Source: Elusimicrobiota bacterium (GTDB lineage Bacteria; Elusimicrobiota; Endomicrobiia; CG1-02-37-114; JAHJSO01). From it: 26,011 nt of DNA. Below, one piece after another: positions 1-9,341 of this stretch. The position numbers were made by a program, and so were the translations under genes. Location of the stretch: NCBI GenBank assembly GCA_043826435.1, contig JBDRQF010000051.1, forward strand, positions 1 to 26,011, given 5' to 3'. The notes beneath the pieces are model-generated. The model saw nothing but the letters and a program-made list of their open reading frames with translations, was not told the origin of the DNA and ran no database searches. Position 1 is the stretch's first letter; each line of letters starts with the position of its first letter.

Positions 1-42
1 CCTGCTTGATAAATCTTTCTCATTAAAGTATAATTCTCTCAT
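1..42 (-). CDS. 5' end of an unknown gene running off the left edge (MRELYFNEKDLSSR...)
   Basis: ATG at 42 preceded by strong SD AAAAGGAGGG (51-60, minus strand); frame open to the window edge. Confidence 0.5.
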   Translation of the reverse strand, partial: MRELYFNEKDLSSR

Positions 43-86
43 GGGTATAACCCTCCTTTTTCCTAAGGCGGTTATACCCTTTTTTT
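43..86. promoter_or_regulatory. Stem-loop covering the SD of the minus-strand gene at 42; reads as an intrinsic terminator on the + strand
   Basis: GGGTATAACC (43-52) pairs with GGTTATACCC (70-79), extended by CCTT/AAGG; T7 run at 80-86 on +. Confidence 0.55.
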
Positions 87-128
87 ATTACTTTTGCAAG
101 TCCACCTCATATCAAAAGTCCGCATAAT

Positions 129-158
129 ATTATACATAATCTATCTCCATCTATCCAA
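129..158 (-). promoter_or_regulatory. Putative sigma70 promoter for the gene starting at 42
   Basis: Minus strand TTGGAT (158-153), 18 nt spacer, TATAAT (134-129). Confidence 0.4.
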
Positions 159-221
159 TCGTAGATTCCTGATAAGCCAGCCCTGTCCGTATAATCAGCC
201 CATTACTTCAGCCGTTTCCCG

Positions 222-1751
222 TCAGGGAACAGCCCTGTATATGAATACTTCAGGGTTGTGAAACCCTCCGATTTGACTGCCGTAAAACCTTTTAATCAGT
301 TCAAACCTGTATCCGGCCGCCGCTTCTTCTTTCATCTCACCGGACGTTATAATGGAATCATAGTTTTTGTATTCTGCCGGCGGGACTTTGTATTCCCAGT
401 CAACCTTAACGACGTAGTTGTCGGAGGGGCTGAACTCCGGGGTGTAGGGGAAACGCAATATTCTGCTCCCTGCGGGGACGTTCTCCTTTACCCACCCGTA
501 TGCTACTCGCCGGGTGTCTTCACGGGTGAGGACATAGCCGGTATGTATTATGCAGGGCAGGGCGGTCATAAGAAATATTGCTGCAACCGCCGTATAAACA
601 TGCCTGTGCGTTTTCCGTGATACATACTCCATGCCCCTTGCCGTTATGATGAACATAAACGGATACAACGGGAACAGGTAGTGGGCGCCGATAGAACGCC
701 ATCCGGATATAAATACGACGTATAATAAAAAAAACGAAAACAATAAAACGTCAACGGACGTCTTAAAATAAAACAACATTGATACGAGGAATGCAACAGA
801 CAATACGGGCCCGACGCCCGTAAAAACGTGCCTGCCTATAAGATACAACTGCCCCGGTATAGAGAGGCGTTCAGGGAGCACTACGTTCACAAAAATGGTA
901 GTAAACCGCGACAAAAAGGACTTATAATCCAGCAACGCGTATGGACAACCGGCGAAGAATCCCGCGATTACAAGAACCATACCCGCCGCATATATTGACA
1001 ACATCCTTTTTGATAACCGCGTCTTTTTAAGCAACGGTATGACGACAAATAGTATTACGGAAAATATAACGGGATAATATTTCGTTGCGACCGCCAGTCC
1101 CAGCGCAAAGCATGCAATCAGGAAGTCCTTTGTATTGTCGCCGGTAAAATATTTCACCATGAAAAATACGGAAAGCAACACCATGAACAACGCAGCCACA
1201 TCCACCGTAGCGTAGTGGCTGTGGAGCACATGCAGGCAGTTGAATGCCATGAAAACGGCCGCCAGGACGCCGGTTTTCTCCGAATATACCAGTTTGCCGA
1301 GGCGGTACACCAGATACACCGTGGCAACGGCGAAGGCAACGCTCACTAACCTTGCCAACACATAAATGTCCGATATGTCGCCGTGGAAATATTTTCCGGC
1401 AAACTGTTCCAGCGAAGGGAAAAATCCCATCAGGTTACCGGCGAAGAAATAAACGGACATCGCTCCGAATATCAAATACAGGAACAAGGTGGGGTAATCA
1501 AAAAATACGTGCGGGTTTAAATCACCCGTAAAAAATCTGAACGCATAAAATATAACGACCGACTCGTCAATATGGGCGTACCTCAAGGGCAGCCCCCAAT
1601 TAATGCCCCACAACCGGACTGCAATCGCCCCGGCAATAATGATGCCCATCAATACCGGGACTTTATAGATAATTTTTTGCGCAATATCGTATATATATCT
1701 ACATACCCTTGCCCCGCGTGCTAAATATTGCATCTGTGTTTGCGTTTTCAT
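222..1751 (-). CDS. GT-C fold membrane glycosyltransferase (ArnT/PMT, GT39/83-like); true start may be downstream
   Basis: Many TM helices; HIDE motif after TM1; FDYPTL, LARLVSV, HSHYATVD and GLAVATKY motifs. Confidence 0.8.
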   Translation of the reverse strand: MKTQTQMQYLARGARVCRYIYDIAQKIIYKVPVLMGIIIAGAIAVRLWGINWGLPLRYAHIDESVVIFYAFRFFTGDLNPHVFFDYPTLFLYLIFGAMSVYFFAGNLMGFFPSLEQFAGKYFHGDISDIYVLARLVSVAFAVATVYLVYRLGKLVYSEKTGVLAAVFMAFNCLHVLHSHYATVDVAALFMVLLSVFFMVKYFTGDNTKDFLIACFALGLAVATKYYPVIFSVILFVVIPLLKKTRLSKRMLSIYAAGMVLVIAGFFAGCPYALLDYKSFLSRFTTIFVNVVLPERLSIPGQLYLIGRHVFTGVGPVLSVAFLVSMLFYFKTSVDVLLFSFFLLYVVFISGWRSIGAHYLFPLYPFMFIITARGMEYVSRKTHRHVYTAVAAIFLMTALPCIIHTGYVLTREDTRRVAYGWVKENVPAGSRILRFPYTPEFSPSDNYVVKVDWEYKVPPAEYKNYDSIITSGEMKEEAAAGYRFELIKRFYGSQIGGFHNPEVFIYRAVP

Positions 1752-1814
1752 TAAAGTATCACTGGTACACCGACAAGGTTACCGGTTTTACGTCGTCCCC
1801 CTGCCCCGGGCGGT

Positions 1815-2405
1815 TTAACCCTCTATCACCCCGCCGAATTTGCCGTTGCCAAAGTTGTAAAGCCGCGGGCTACCGACGGCTGACGGAGCACTGACCGGAC
1901 GTATCGTACCGGTTGTTCTACCGTCTCCCGTACCGGCTGCCGGCGTCACCGTTGCCGTTTCGTCCGACACATACGCCGCCACAATCTCGCCGGCAAATAT
2001 CGTGTGGTCGCCTGTGACAAGTTGCCCGGTAACCTTGCACTCCATATTCACAAGGCATTCCTTAATAAGCGGGGGTTTAACCTTTTTTGCAGTCATTGGT
2101 GTAAGACCCGTGGATATGAATTTATCCACATCCCTTCCTGAGTTTGTGCCACAAAAGAGCACATCCTTTTCCATTTTGAGAGTCGGAAAAGCAAGAACAA
2201 ATTCTTTCGTGCTGGAAATGAGTTGATGTGAATAACGGGTGTGCCCGACGGAAATCGCCACCATCGGCGGGCCGAATGAAGTCGTCATGCTCCAGCCCAG
2301 GGTAATTATGTTCGCCCGGTTGTTTTTTTCGTCCCACGAAACGACAAGGACCACCTGCTCAGGATATTTCCTCTTCCATGCTTCTGCCGATGAAACTTCT
2401 CTCAT
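1815..2405 (-). CDS. Flavin reductase-like (DIM6/NTAB, flavoredoxin) family protein
   Basis: NIITLGW, CGTNSGRDVDKF, PPLIKEC..MECKV and GDHTIFAGEIV motifs. Confidence 0.9.
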   Translation of the reverse strand: MREVSSAEAWKRKYPEQVVLVVSWDEKNNRANIITLGWSMTTSFGPPMVAISVGHTRYSHQLISSTKEFVLAFPTLKMEKDVLFCGTNSGRDVDKFISTGLTPMTAKKVKPPLIKECLVNMECKVTGQLVTGDHTIFAGEIVAAYVSDETATVTPAAGTGDGRTTGTIRPVSAPSAVGSPRLYNFGNGKFGGVIEG

Positions 2406-2462
2406 TGTTGCCTCCTCTGCTCATTTCAATGCTGACCCCTCTGTTCTACCCCGTCGGAAATG

Positions 2463-4736
2463 TCAAATGTCAAGACCTGACCCCATCATCCCCCGTCGTC
2501 CCCGTAACCTTTTTATTATCGCTTCCGTCTCACGCCTCTCTTCATCCGAGACGCCCTGCTCCGTATATCTCTTGTAAAAATGAACAGCCCGGGCAAAATC
2601 CCCTCCCTTTTCACAAGCGAGCCCTAAGTTAAAGTAAGCCGGTGAAAACGACGGCTCCCGGACAATGATTCGTTCAAAATATTCTATCGCCTTGCTGATT
2701 TCGCCCCTGCCGAGCGCAATCAGCCCTAATTCATTCAGTGAAAACGGGTAAAATGATACTTCGTTTGATTTCACAAAATATTCTTCAGCCAGGGAGACAT
2801 CCCCTGCCGCCTTGTAGGACAACCCTATGTTGTAATAGACGGACGCTTCTTTGGGATTTATCGCCAGGGCTCTCCCGAAATATCCGACCGCCTTAACGTA
2901 TTCCCCGTTCCTGAATGCCAACGCCCCGAGGTTGTTCCACCCCACGGAAAGATGCGGGTCAATTGAAACCGCCCGGTAGTAGTGCCCCTCCGCCTTTTTT
3001 AACGCCCCCCCAGTCGCCCCCTCCAACGAGGGGTGGCGGGTATATTCCAGCGCTATGTTGTTGTGTGAGGCCGCGTAATAATAAAATATCCTCCGGGTAA
3101 AAAAGTCCTTGTATAAGGATGAATCGAACCGGCCGCGGCAGGCGTACAACTTATACAAGTTTTCTGAATGATTGAATTTTTCCCGGACGCCGTCGTCACC
3201 CGGGGCATTTATCCTGTAGAGGAGCCCGGCAGGAAACCCCACATAACCGGACGGTATTTTTGTTATAACGTCCGCATATATGTCCCTTTTATCCAGATTG
3301 TAATCAACCAGCACGCTCATCAGTTCCTGCGCCGAGCCGATTTCATATCCCGGCAGTATTTCAGGATAATGTTTTCTGATATGCTTGTAGCCCCAGAGAG
3401 TGCGGAAATACATTACGGGTTTTATATCTTTTCTTTTATTCTCACACATTCTCAGATATTTTACTATAAACGCAGGCGAGTCGTCGGGGTCGTACAGGAG
3501 TGAGCCGGCCGGCATTGTTTTAAGTATGTTTTTTCCGTAATCATAGGCGAAGAAGTGTTCCCTGCGGTTGTGCTCGCCGAAATTTCTGAAAAACACAAAC
3601 ACACACGCGAGGGCGGAAAACACCACCACGGCCGCCACAAGCACCGGGCGACAGACAGCCATGCCACCGGCCGTCGCGTTATCCCTTTTAGCGGGCAGAA
3701 AAACGGTTACAAACATCCCGACGAACAAAACAAAAATCATGTTCGGCAAAACAAGGTGCGGCTCAAGTATCGGGAGAGTTGTGCTCTCTTCAGGCGGCAG
3801 GTTTGACAGAAGGAAAAACAAAATACCGGTCACCAGGAAACACGTCACCAGCAATGACGCCAACCCCCTATATTGCTTCCGGAACGAATAATACATCCCT
3901 GCAATCCCTGCTATTGCCACGGGTAAGGTGAACTGCTGAATCATTGCCTGTCCGAAAAGTTTAAATTGCGCCAACACCGAACCGGCGGACCAGATAAACC
4001 TGCTCTGCTCCGGGTGAAGTTTTAACCCGCCGTAGTCCGCCCTCGTGACGAGCCGCAGGAAATTTCTGATTGTTTTCGGGTCGCCCCAGTTCAGGACCGG
4101 CTCTGCCGATGCCCTCAGGGGCAGGTATGCGAAAACGGTGCACCCCAGAACGAAAAACAGCAAAACGTAAAAAGGGTTCAACCTGCTGCGGCGCCCCCAC
4201 AGGAATAATAAAATTCCCGGCAAAAACAAAATCAGAGTCGGATGGCTCCCCAGCCCCAACCCGAAAACAAAGGCGGCGGGATAGACACGGGCATCGTCCG
4301 GGTGCCTGCCTGCAACCAGCAACAAAAATATCAACGCTCCGAAGAGAGACAGCAGCGTGTACATCTCGGAGACATGGGAGAGAGCCCAGAAGGCGGGACT
4401 GAAGGCAAGCAGTAGCCCGGCTATAAACCCGGGGTAAAACGAATTCAATATTCCCGTTAAGAAAACGCATACCAGAACGCAGGTCATCGCACCTGAAAAT
4501 ATTGAAAGGAGGTTTATCCTATACGCGAAATTCCCGAACGGGACGATGACGGTAAAGATTTTACCTGAAATAGTGTAGAGCGGGTAGCCGGGCGGGTGAG
4601 CGATGCCGAGGGTAACTCCGGAGGTTATCAAATCGCCGCTGTCGCGGTAAGGCGGGACGGTGGGATATGCCGTGAAAAGATAGGTTCCGAATATTATCAA
4701 AAACAGAAGACAGTATCCCTGCGTTCTATAATTCAT
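2463..4736 (-). CDS. DUF2723 (TMEM260-like O-glycosyltransferase) membrane protein with C-terminal TPRs
   Basis: DSGDL..LGIAHPPGYPLY, YLPLRA..P.LNWGDP, TM helices and C-terminal TPR helices; start placed at ATG MNYRTQ (ORF track opens at 4790). Confidence 0.85.
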   Translation of the reverse strand: MNYRTQGYCLLFLIIFGTYLFTAYPTVPPYRDSGDLITSGVTLGIAHPPGYPLYTISGKIFTVIVPFGNFAYRINLLSIFSGAMTCVLVCVFLTGILNSFYPGFIAGLLLAFSPAFWALSHVSEMYTLLSLFGALIFLLLVAGRHPDDARVYPAAFVFGLGLGSHPTLILFLPGILLFLWGRRSRLNPFYVLLFFVLGCTVFAYLPLRASAEPVLNWGDPKTIRNFLRLVTRADYGGLKLHPEQSRFIWSAGSVLAQFKLFGQAMIQQFTLPVAIAGIAGMYYSFRKQYRGLASLLVTCFLVTGILFFLLSNLPPEESTTLPILEPHLVLPNMIFVLFVGMFVTVFLPAKRDNATAGGMAVCRPVLVAAVVVFSALACVFVFFRNFGEHNRREHFFAYDYGKNILKTMPAGSLLYDPDDSPAFIVKYLRMCENKRKDIKPVMYFRTLWGYKHIRKHYPEILPGYEIGSAQELMSVLVDYNLDKRDIYADVITKIPSGYVGFPAGLLYRINAPGDDGVREKFNHSENLYKLYACRGRFDSSLYKDFFTRRIFYYYAASHNNIALEYTRHPSLEGATGGALKKAEGHYYRAVSIDPHLSVGWNNLGALAFRNGEYVKAVGYFGRALAINPKEASVYYNIGLSYKAAGDVSLAEEYFVKSNEVSFYPFSLNELGLIALGRGEISKAIEYFERIIVREPSFSPAYFNLGLACEKGGDFARAVHFYKRYTEQGVSDEERRETEAIIKRLRGRRGMMGSGLDI

Positions 4737-4822
4737 AAGCCCGTCAATAAATACCTGCCCCGGGCGCCCGGCGTAACAGCGGGCTTGCAACTCGCAACGG
4801 TTTTATTCCGGGCAGTGTGGAC

Positions 4823-6886
4823 TTACCGGTTAACGTCCACGGACAACTGCACTCCCTGTTTCGGACTGAACCCTTTTATTGCCCCGCTCACCGCCTCAAT
4901 GCAGGCGCCGTGTATTTTATCGTGTATTTTAATGAGCATACGTTGCCTGTATTTCCCGCGTAAAAATGCAGGCGCCGGCTCGTCCGGGCCGAGCAACGTA
5001 ATACCCGACGTTATCTTTTCCAGGAGAAAATCCCGCAGGCGTTCCGCTTCCGCCAGCACCCCTTTTTCGTTTCTGCCCCTTACCATGATATCCATCATTG
5101 CGCCGACAGGAGGATAATTCAATTCCATCCTGAACTGTAATTCCTCTTTGTAGAAACCCTTCCAGTCAAATTTTTGCAAATATTCAAATACACTGTGTTT
5201 TCTGTTGAACGTCTGGAGTATCAATTCAAGGGGGGCGCCTTTTGAGCACTGACTGAATACGCATCCAGTCCTGTACGCCATATCAAACGCTTTTTCAGTT
5301 GCGCGGTAATCAGGAAGATACAGAAAGTGGTCAATATTGTATATCCCCACAAGCGGAATCTTGTAATTAACGGCTTTTCCGTGCCTCTCAAAAATGGAGA
5401 GTAAAAATGTAGTCCCGACGAGTATGTCAAACTTACCGGACAGAACCTGACCGGGCATGCCCGTGTCAGTGTCGCATCGGACAACCCTTGCCCCCGGAAA
5501 AATCTTTTGCATGGCTGACTCAACCCTTTCGGTCCCGGCGCCCGCAGGATTTAATTTTGCCCTGCATACAGGACAGGCGCCCGTCCATTCCTTTTTAAAA
5601 TTACACAGGTGGCAGGACATTGCTGATGCCTGCCTGTGATATACGAGCGGGATTTTGCATTCCGGGCATCTCGGGATGCTGCCGCATGCGGGGCAAGTCA
5701 TCTGCCGCGCATACCCCCTTCTTGCCACTATCACAACCGATTTCTCATTCCGCATAAACCCCTGTTCAATTGCGCTCCTCAGTGTATATGTTATAAGATT
5801 GTATTTATTTTCAATCTCAACAATTCTAATTCGGGGCGGGATTTCTCCTCTAATTCGGGGCGGGATTTCTCCGTTTAGACATTCAGATGCCCCCTCCGGG
5901 GGGGTTTCACCGGGGCCGTTTTTCAGCGGAGAGTTTTTTTTATTGGTGATTTTTACACGCCTGTAACTTTTGTCCGACACATGATGAAATGCGCTGAGTG
6001 ACATAAGGGTGCCGGCAAGAATGACACTGCATCCGTTCCCGATGTTCGCCGCCCTCATTTTTGCTATATCTATCGCCGAGTAGAAAGGTTTCTGCGGGTT
6101 CTTCCACACATCGTCCGACTCGCTGTCAACGATTATCAGTTTGAGGTTCCTGAACGGCAAAAACACCGCCCCCCTCGTACCGACGGCTATTTTAACTCTG
6201 CCCGAAACCGCCTTTGTCCATGTTTCATACTTCCTGTCCTCACTCAGGTCGCTGTGCCATACGGGGACATCTAATTTTATCCTCCGGGACAACTCCGAAG
6301 CAACGTATCCCGCGGTGATAATTTCAGGGAACAGTATTATACACTCATCCCCTGGCGCAAGTTTGTTTATCCTGTCAATATAAAATTCAAGCCGGCCCGG
6401 AAAACACAGGTTGTGCAACACCTCTACAACATGGTCATCCTGAACATGACCGCCCCGTTTAATTCTCCCGGTTGACGGCAACGGGCTTCCTTCTGAAAGG
6501 CCCGTGGTCAGATCGTCTGACGGCGGTTCGGCAGCCGTTCCCAGTTCCTGTCCATCCGGCCTGACAAAAAACGACTTTTTTACCGGAAACATGCACTGCA
6601 GCGCCTCTCCCATTGAACACACATACACGTCTGAAATAAATTTTGCAGTCCGGAAAAGTTCGCCGGTTATTACAGGGTTGTTATCCAGGATTTTGTATAT
6701 ATCTTTTACAGGGCTGACGTCCGTATCTTTTCGGACGCTGGTAACAAACCCCAACCGCCTGTACCTGCCAAACGGCACAAGAACGCGTACCCCTGCGGGT
6801 ATTTGTCCCGGCGAGCCAATATTTCCGGGCAGGGCATAAATAAAATTTCTTTCTACGGGGATGGGGATTGCTACTTCAATAAACAT
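4823..6886 (-). CDS. priA: Primosomal protein N' (PriA) with degenerate helicase motifs
   Basis: GVRVLVPFG 3'-binding domain, VGTRGAVFLPF, four CxxC pairs, GTERVE, PDYRATE, YPP, GP..AP; start placed at MFIEVA (ORF track 6910). Confidence 0.88.
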   Translation of the reverse strand: MFIEVAIPIPVERNFIYALPGNIGSPGQIPAGVRVLVPFGRYRRLGFVTSVRKDTDVSPVKDIYKILDNNPVITGELFRTAKFISDVYVCSMGEALQCMFPVKKSFFVRPDGQELGTAAEPPSDDLTTGLSEGSPLPSTGRIKRGGHVQDDHVVEVLHNLCFPGRLEFYIDRINKLAPGDECIILFPEIITAGYVASELSRRIKLDVPVWHSDLSEDRKYETWTKAVSGRVKIAVGTRGAVFLPFRNLKLIIVDSESDDVWKNPQKPFYSAIDIAKMRAANIGNGCSVILAGTLMSLSAFHHVSDKSYRRVKITNKKNSPLKNGPGETPPEGASECLNGEIPPRIRGEIPPRIRIVEIENKYNLITYTLRSAIEQGFMRNEKSVVIVARRGYARQMTCPACGSIPRCPECKIPLVYHRQASAMSCHLCNFKKEWTGACPVCRAKLNPAGAGTERVESAMQKIFPGARVVRCDTDTGMPGQVLSGKFDILVGTTFLLSIFERHGKAVNYKIPLVGIYNIDHFLYLPDYRATEKAFDMAYRTGCVFSQCSKGAPLELILQTFNRKHSVFEYLQKFDWKGFYKEELQFRMELNYPPVGAMMDIMVRGRNEKGVLAEAERLRDFLLEKITSGITLLGPDEPAPAFLRGKYRQRMLIKIHDKIHGACIEAVSGAIKGFSPKQGVQLSVDVNR
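5825..5872. repeat. Perfect 24-bp tandem duplication within priA (GEIPPRIR x2)
   Basis: TCTAATTCGGGGCGGGATTTCTCC at 5825-5848 and 5849-5872. Confidence 0.95.
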
Positions 6887-7665
6887 CTCAGCAATTTCAT
6901 GTCCTCCCATACATACGGCTTGAGGGACGGGTTACGCAGGAGGGCTGCGGGATGGTAGGTCGGTATCAGTTTTATATTATCCATATCGTGCACCTGCCCC
7001 CTTAGTTTTGATATGCCCGTTTGCGTTCCAAGCAACGTCCGGGCAGCGGAGTTGCCGAGCGTCATCATTGCAACGGGTTTTATCACTGCAATTTGTTTTT
7101 TTAAGAACGGCAGGCATTGCGACACCTCCTCTTCCGTCGGAGGCCTGTCATTGCCCCTCCTGTCGGGTGTTCCGGGGTTAATCATCGGGTGGCATTTGAC
7201 TATGTTCGTAATGTATGTGTCTTCCCTCTTTAATCCGATTGATTCAATTATCTTCGTGAGTAACTGGCCCGCCCTGCCGACAAAAGGCCTGCCCTGCCTG
7301 TCCTCATCGTAGCCGGGTCCTTCCCCGACGAACATTACCTTTGTCCCGGGACAGCCCTCTCCGAAAACAACGCTTATCCGGCTTTTATGCAGGGGACATT
7401 TTTTGCATCCTCTTACGTCTTTTAAAATTTCGTTGATTAGTTTCTCTTTTTCAGACGCAATGTCTTTAGCCGGCGGTTTAGCTGCACCCTTTTCTACGCC
7501 GCTGCGCACACCCGTCCCTGAAAGATTAGCGGCATTACTTGCCCCCGCCACTTTGGGGTCGTACCACAAAACATCTGTTTTATCCAGTAGCACCGCTTCC
7601 GCGAGGACTTTCCTTGCGTCTTTCAGGACGCCGATAAGTTTCCGTCTTATATTTTTTCTTTCCAT
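6871..7665 (-). CDS. Family-4 uracil-DNA glycosylase (4Fe-4S)
   Basis: CKKCPL, VGEGPG..ED.QGRPFVGRAG, NIVKCHP, NDRPP and TYHPAALLRNP; start placed at MERKNI (ORF track 7686). Confidence 0.93.
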   Translation of the reverse strand: MERKNIRRKLIGVLKDARKVLAEAVLLDKTDVLWYDPKVAGASNAANLSGTGVRSGVEKGAAKPPAKDIASEKEKLINEILKDVRGCKKCPLHKSRISVVFGEGCPGTKVMFVGEGPGYDEDRQGRPFVGRAGQLLTKIIESIGLKREDTYITNIVKCHPMINPGTPDRRGNDRPPTEEEVSQCLPFLKKQIAVIKPVAMMTLGNSAARTLLGTQTGISKLRGQVHDMDNIKLIPTYHPAALLRNPSLKPYVWEDMKLLRCLLK

Positions 7666-8306
7666 TTTTTCTTTATGTACGGCCACAGCATAGCCGCAAA
7701 CCGCCTTTTTGTTATCCTGCCGAAAGGCCGGACGTTTAACTCCCTGTCAATTATATATCCCCGCGTCAGGTCACCGCCTGTGCTCGTGTGCGGGTTGGCT
7801 ACGATTATGTCCAGGTTTTTCTCCCTGAGTTTGGCGACGGCATTCCTGATAAGACCTCCCGTCTCAAGGGCGAACCCGACTTTTAATTTGTTCTTCAATC
7901 CGCCGGTTGCTTTAAGTATGTCTTCCGTCGGCACAAGGTTGATGCGGACAGAGCCCCTCCCTTTCTTTATCTTGGTGCGGCGTGGGTTTTCAGGCCGATA
8001 ATCGCACACGGCTGCCACCGATATAAAAATGTCGGAGCCGCCAATGTTATCCTTAACCGCCCTGTACATCTGCCTTGTTGTTTCCACCCGGATTATTTTT
8101 ATTTTGTTCCTTATCTTATCCGGAAAGTCCGGCAGGGGGTCGGCGCCTCCCATGACAAGCGTAACCATCGCCCCGTCACTAAGCGCCTCCATTGAAAGAA
8201 AATACCCCGTCTTCCCCGAGGAGGCATTCGTGATAAATCTCACCGGGTCAATAAACTCTTTTGTAGAACCGGCAGTAATGAGAACCCTGGGTTTTGTGAA
8301 GGGCAT
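7647..8306 (-). CDS. coaB: Phosphopantothenate-cysteine ligase (CoaB, stand-alone)
   Basis: VLITAG.T.E.IDPVRFITN.SSGKTG, AAVCDYRP, VGFALET and K.LDIIVAN. Confidence 0.92.
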   Translation of the reverse strand: MPFTKPRVLITAGSTKEFIDPVRFITNASSGKTGYFLSMEALSDGAMVTLVMGGADPLPDFPDKIRNKIKIIRVETTRQMYRAVKDNIGGSDIFISVAAVCDYRPENPRRTKIKKGRGSVRINLVPTEDILKATGGLKNKLKVGFALETGGLIRNAVAKLREKNLDIIVANPHTSTGGDLTRGYIIDRELNVRPFGRITKRRFAAMLWPYIKKKWKEKI

Positions 8307-8310
8307 CGCC

Positions 8311-8340
8311 TATAGTTATTTCCCTTATAGTTATTTCCCT
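8311..8340. repeat. 15-bp tandem duplication spanning the coaC stop codon
   Basis: TATAGTTATTTCCCT at 8311-8325 and 8326-8340. Confidence 0.9.
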
Positions 8341-8900
8341 GCTAAAATAGAGATTATCCTGCCCGTTATTTTACCGGTGGGAACAAGCCGTCCTATGCCA
8401 TTTTCCCTGCAGGCGAGAGCTCCCTCTTCTGGCCCAAGGAAGCGGTAGCCCCTTTTGATGAGTGTTTGGACATTCTCCTGAGTCACCGGGTTAAGCCACA
8501 TATTGGAATTCATTGCGGGACAAATCAGCACCGGGCAAACCGCCGACAGGACTACGGAAGTAAGCAGGTCATCTGCAAAACCGGACGCTATGCGGGCTAT
8601 TGTATTCGCCGTTGCAGGGCTTATAACGATAACGTCCGCCCAGCCGGCAAGGGACAGGTGTCCTGGGTCATAGGAATATTCTTCATCAAACATAGACCTG
8701 TAAACCCTGTCGGCAGATAACGTCTGAAGGGTAAGCGGCGTAATAAATTTTTCGGCCGATTCCGTCAGAACGCATTTTACCCTGATGTCCCTGCGGACAA
8801 GTTCACGCACAAGTTCACACGTCTTGTAGGCGGCGATACTGCCGCATATCCCTATTAAGACGTTATTATTTTTCTTTCTTGCGGGGTTTTGTTTTCTCAT
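8331..8900 (-). CDS. coaC: Phosphopantothenoylcysteine decarboxylase (CoaC, stand-alone flavoprotein)
   Basis: GSIAAYK, HLSLA, PATANTIA, PAMN..MW and LAC...GIGRL. Confidence 0.92.
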   Translation of the reverse strand: MRKQNPARKKNNNVLIGICGSIAAYKTCELVRELVRRDIRVKCVLTESAEKFITPLTLQTLSADRVYRSMFDEEYSYDPGHLSLAGWADVIVISPATANTIARIASGFADDLLTSVVLSAVCPVLICPAMNSNMWLNPVTQENVQTLIKRGYRFLGPEEGALACRENGIGRLVPTGKITGRIISILAGK

Positions 8901-9324
8901 GTTTCTCTTCCAACTTCTTCGCCGGGACGGGTCGCTCTGCCTGTTTTTCCTGCGACCTTACCACCTTTTTCCTTGAATCAAGCGAAGGCAGTTTTGATAC
9001 TGTCTCAATGGTAACCTTACCGGTCACTATTTCTTCCACCGCAGTGTTCAGTAATTGCGGGAAAGACAAAAACTTGTATTCTTCCTTGTTCTTTAACTCC
9101 TGAGCCCACCGCGCTGCCAGCGGTATAATGCGGTATCTGTCGTAGTCGCCGTTAAGCAATAATTCTTCTATCGTCCGGCTTTTCACTTCCACGGTTTTTG
9201 TCTTTACCTCCCCCTCCGCCTTTTCCTCCGGTTCTCCTGTTGTTTTTCTTCCTGATTTCTCTTCTGCTTCTTCTTTTACCTTCTCCGCCGTTTCTTTTGA
9301 TTTACCTGCTGTTTTTTCTGACAA
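8866..9324 (-). CDS. rpoZ: RNA polymerase omega subunit-like protein with charged N- and C-terminal extensions
   Basis: DRY.I..LAARWAQEL...AVEEI..GK core; gmk-rpoZ-coa-priA synteny; TTG start after GGAGG (ORF track 9345). Confidence 0.7.
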   Translation of the reverse strand: MSEKTAGKSKETAEKVKEEAEEKSGRKTTGEPEEKAEGEVKTKTVEVKSRTIEELLLNGDYDRYRIIPLAARWAQELKNKEEYKFLSFPQLLNTAVEEIVTGKVTIETVSKLPSLDSRKKVVRSQEKQAERPVPAKKLEEKHEKTKPRKKEK

Positions 9325-9341
9325 GTTCCGGTACCTCCGTT

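Noticed and set aside
117..144. AGTCCGCATAA resembles the XerC arm of a dif site
   Set aside because: No TTATGTTAAAT-like XerD arm after the 6-bp spacer
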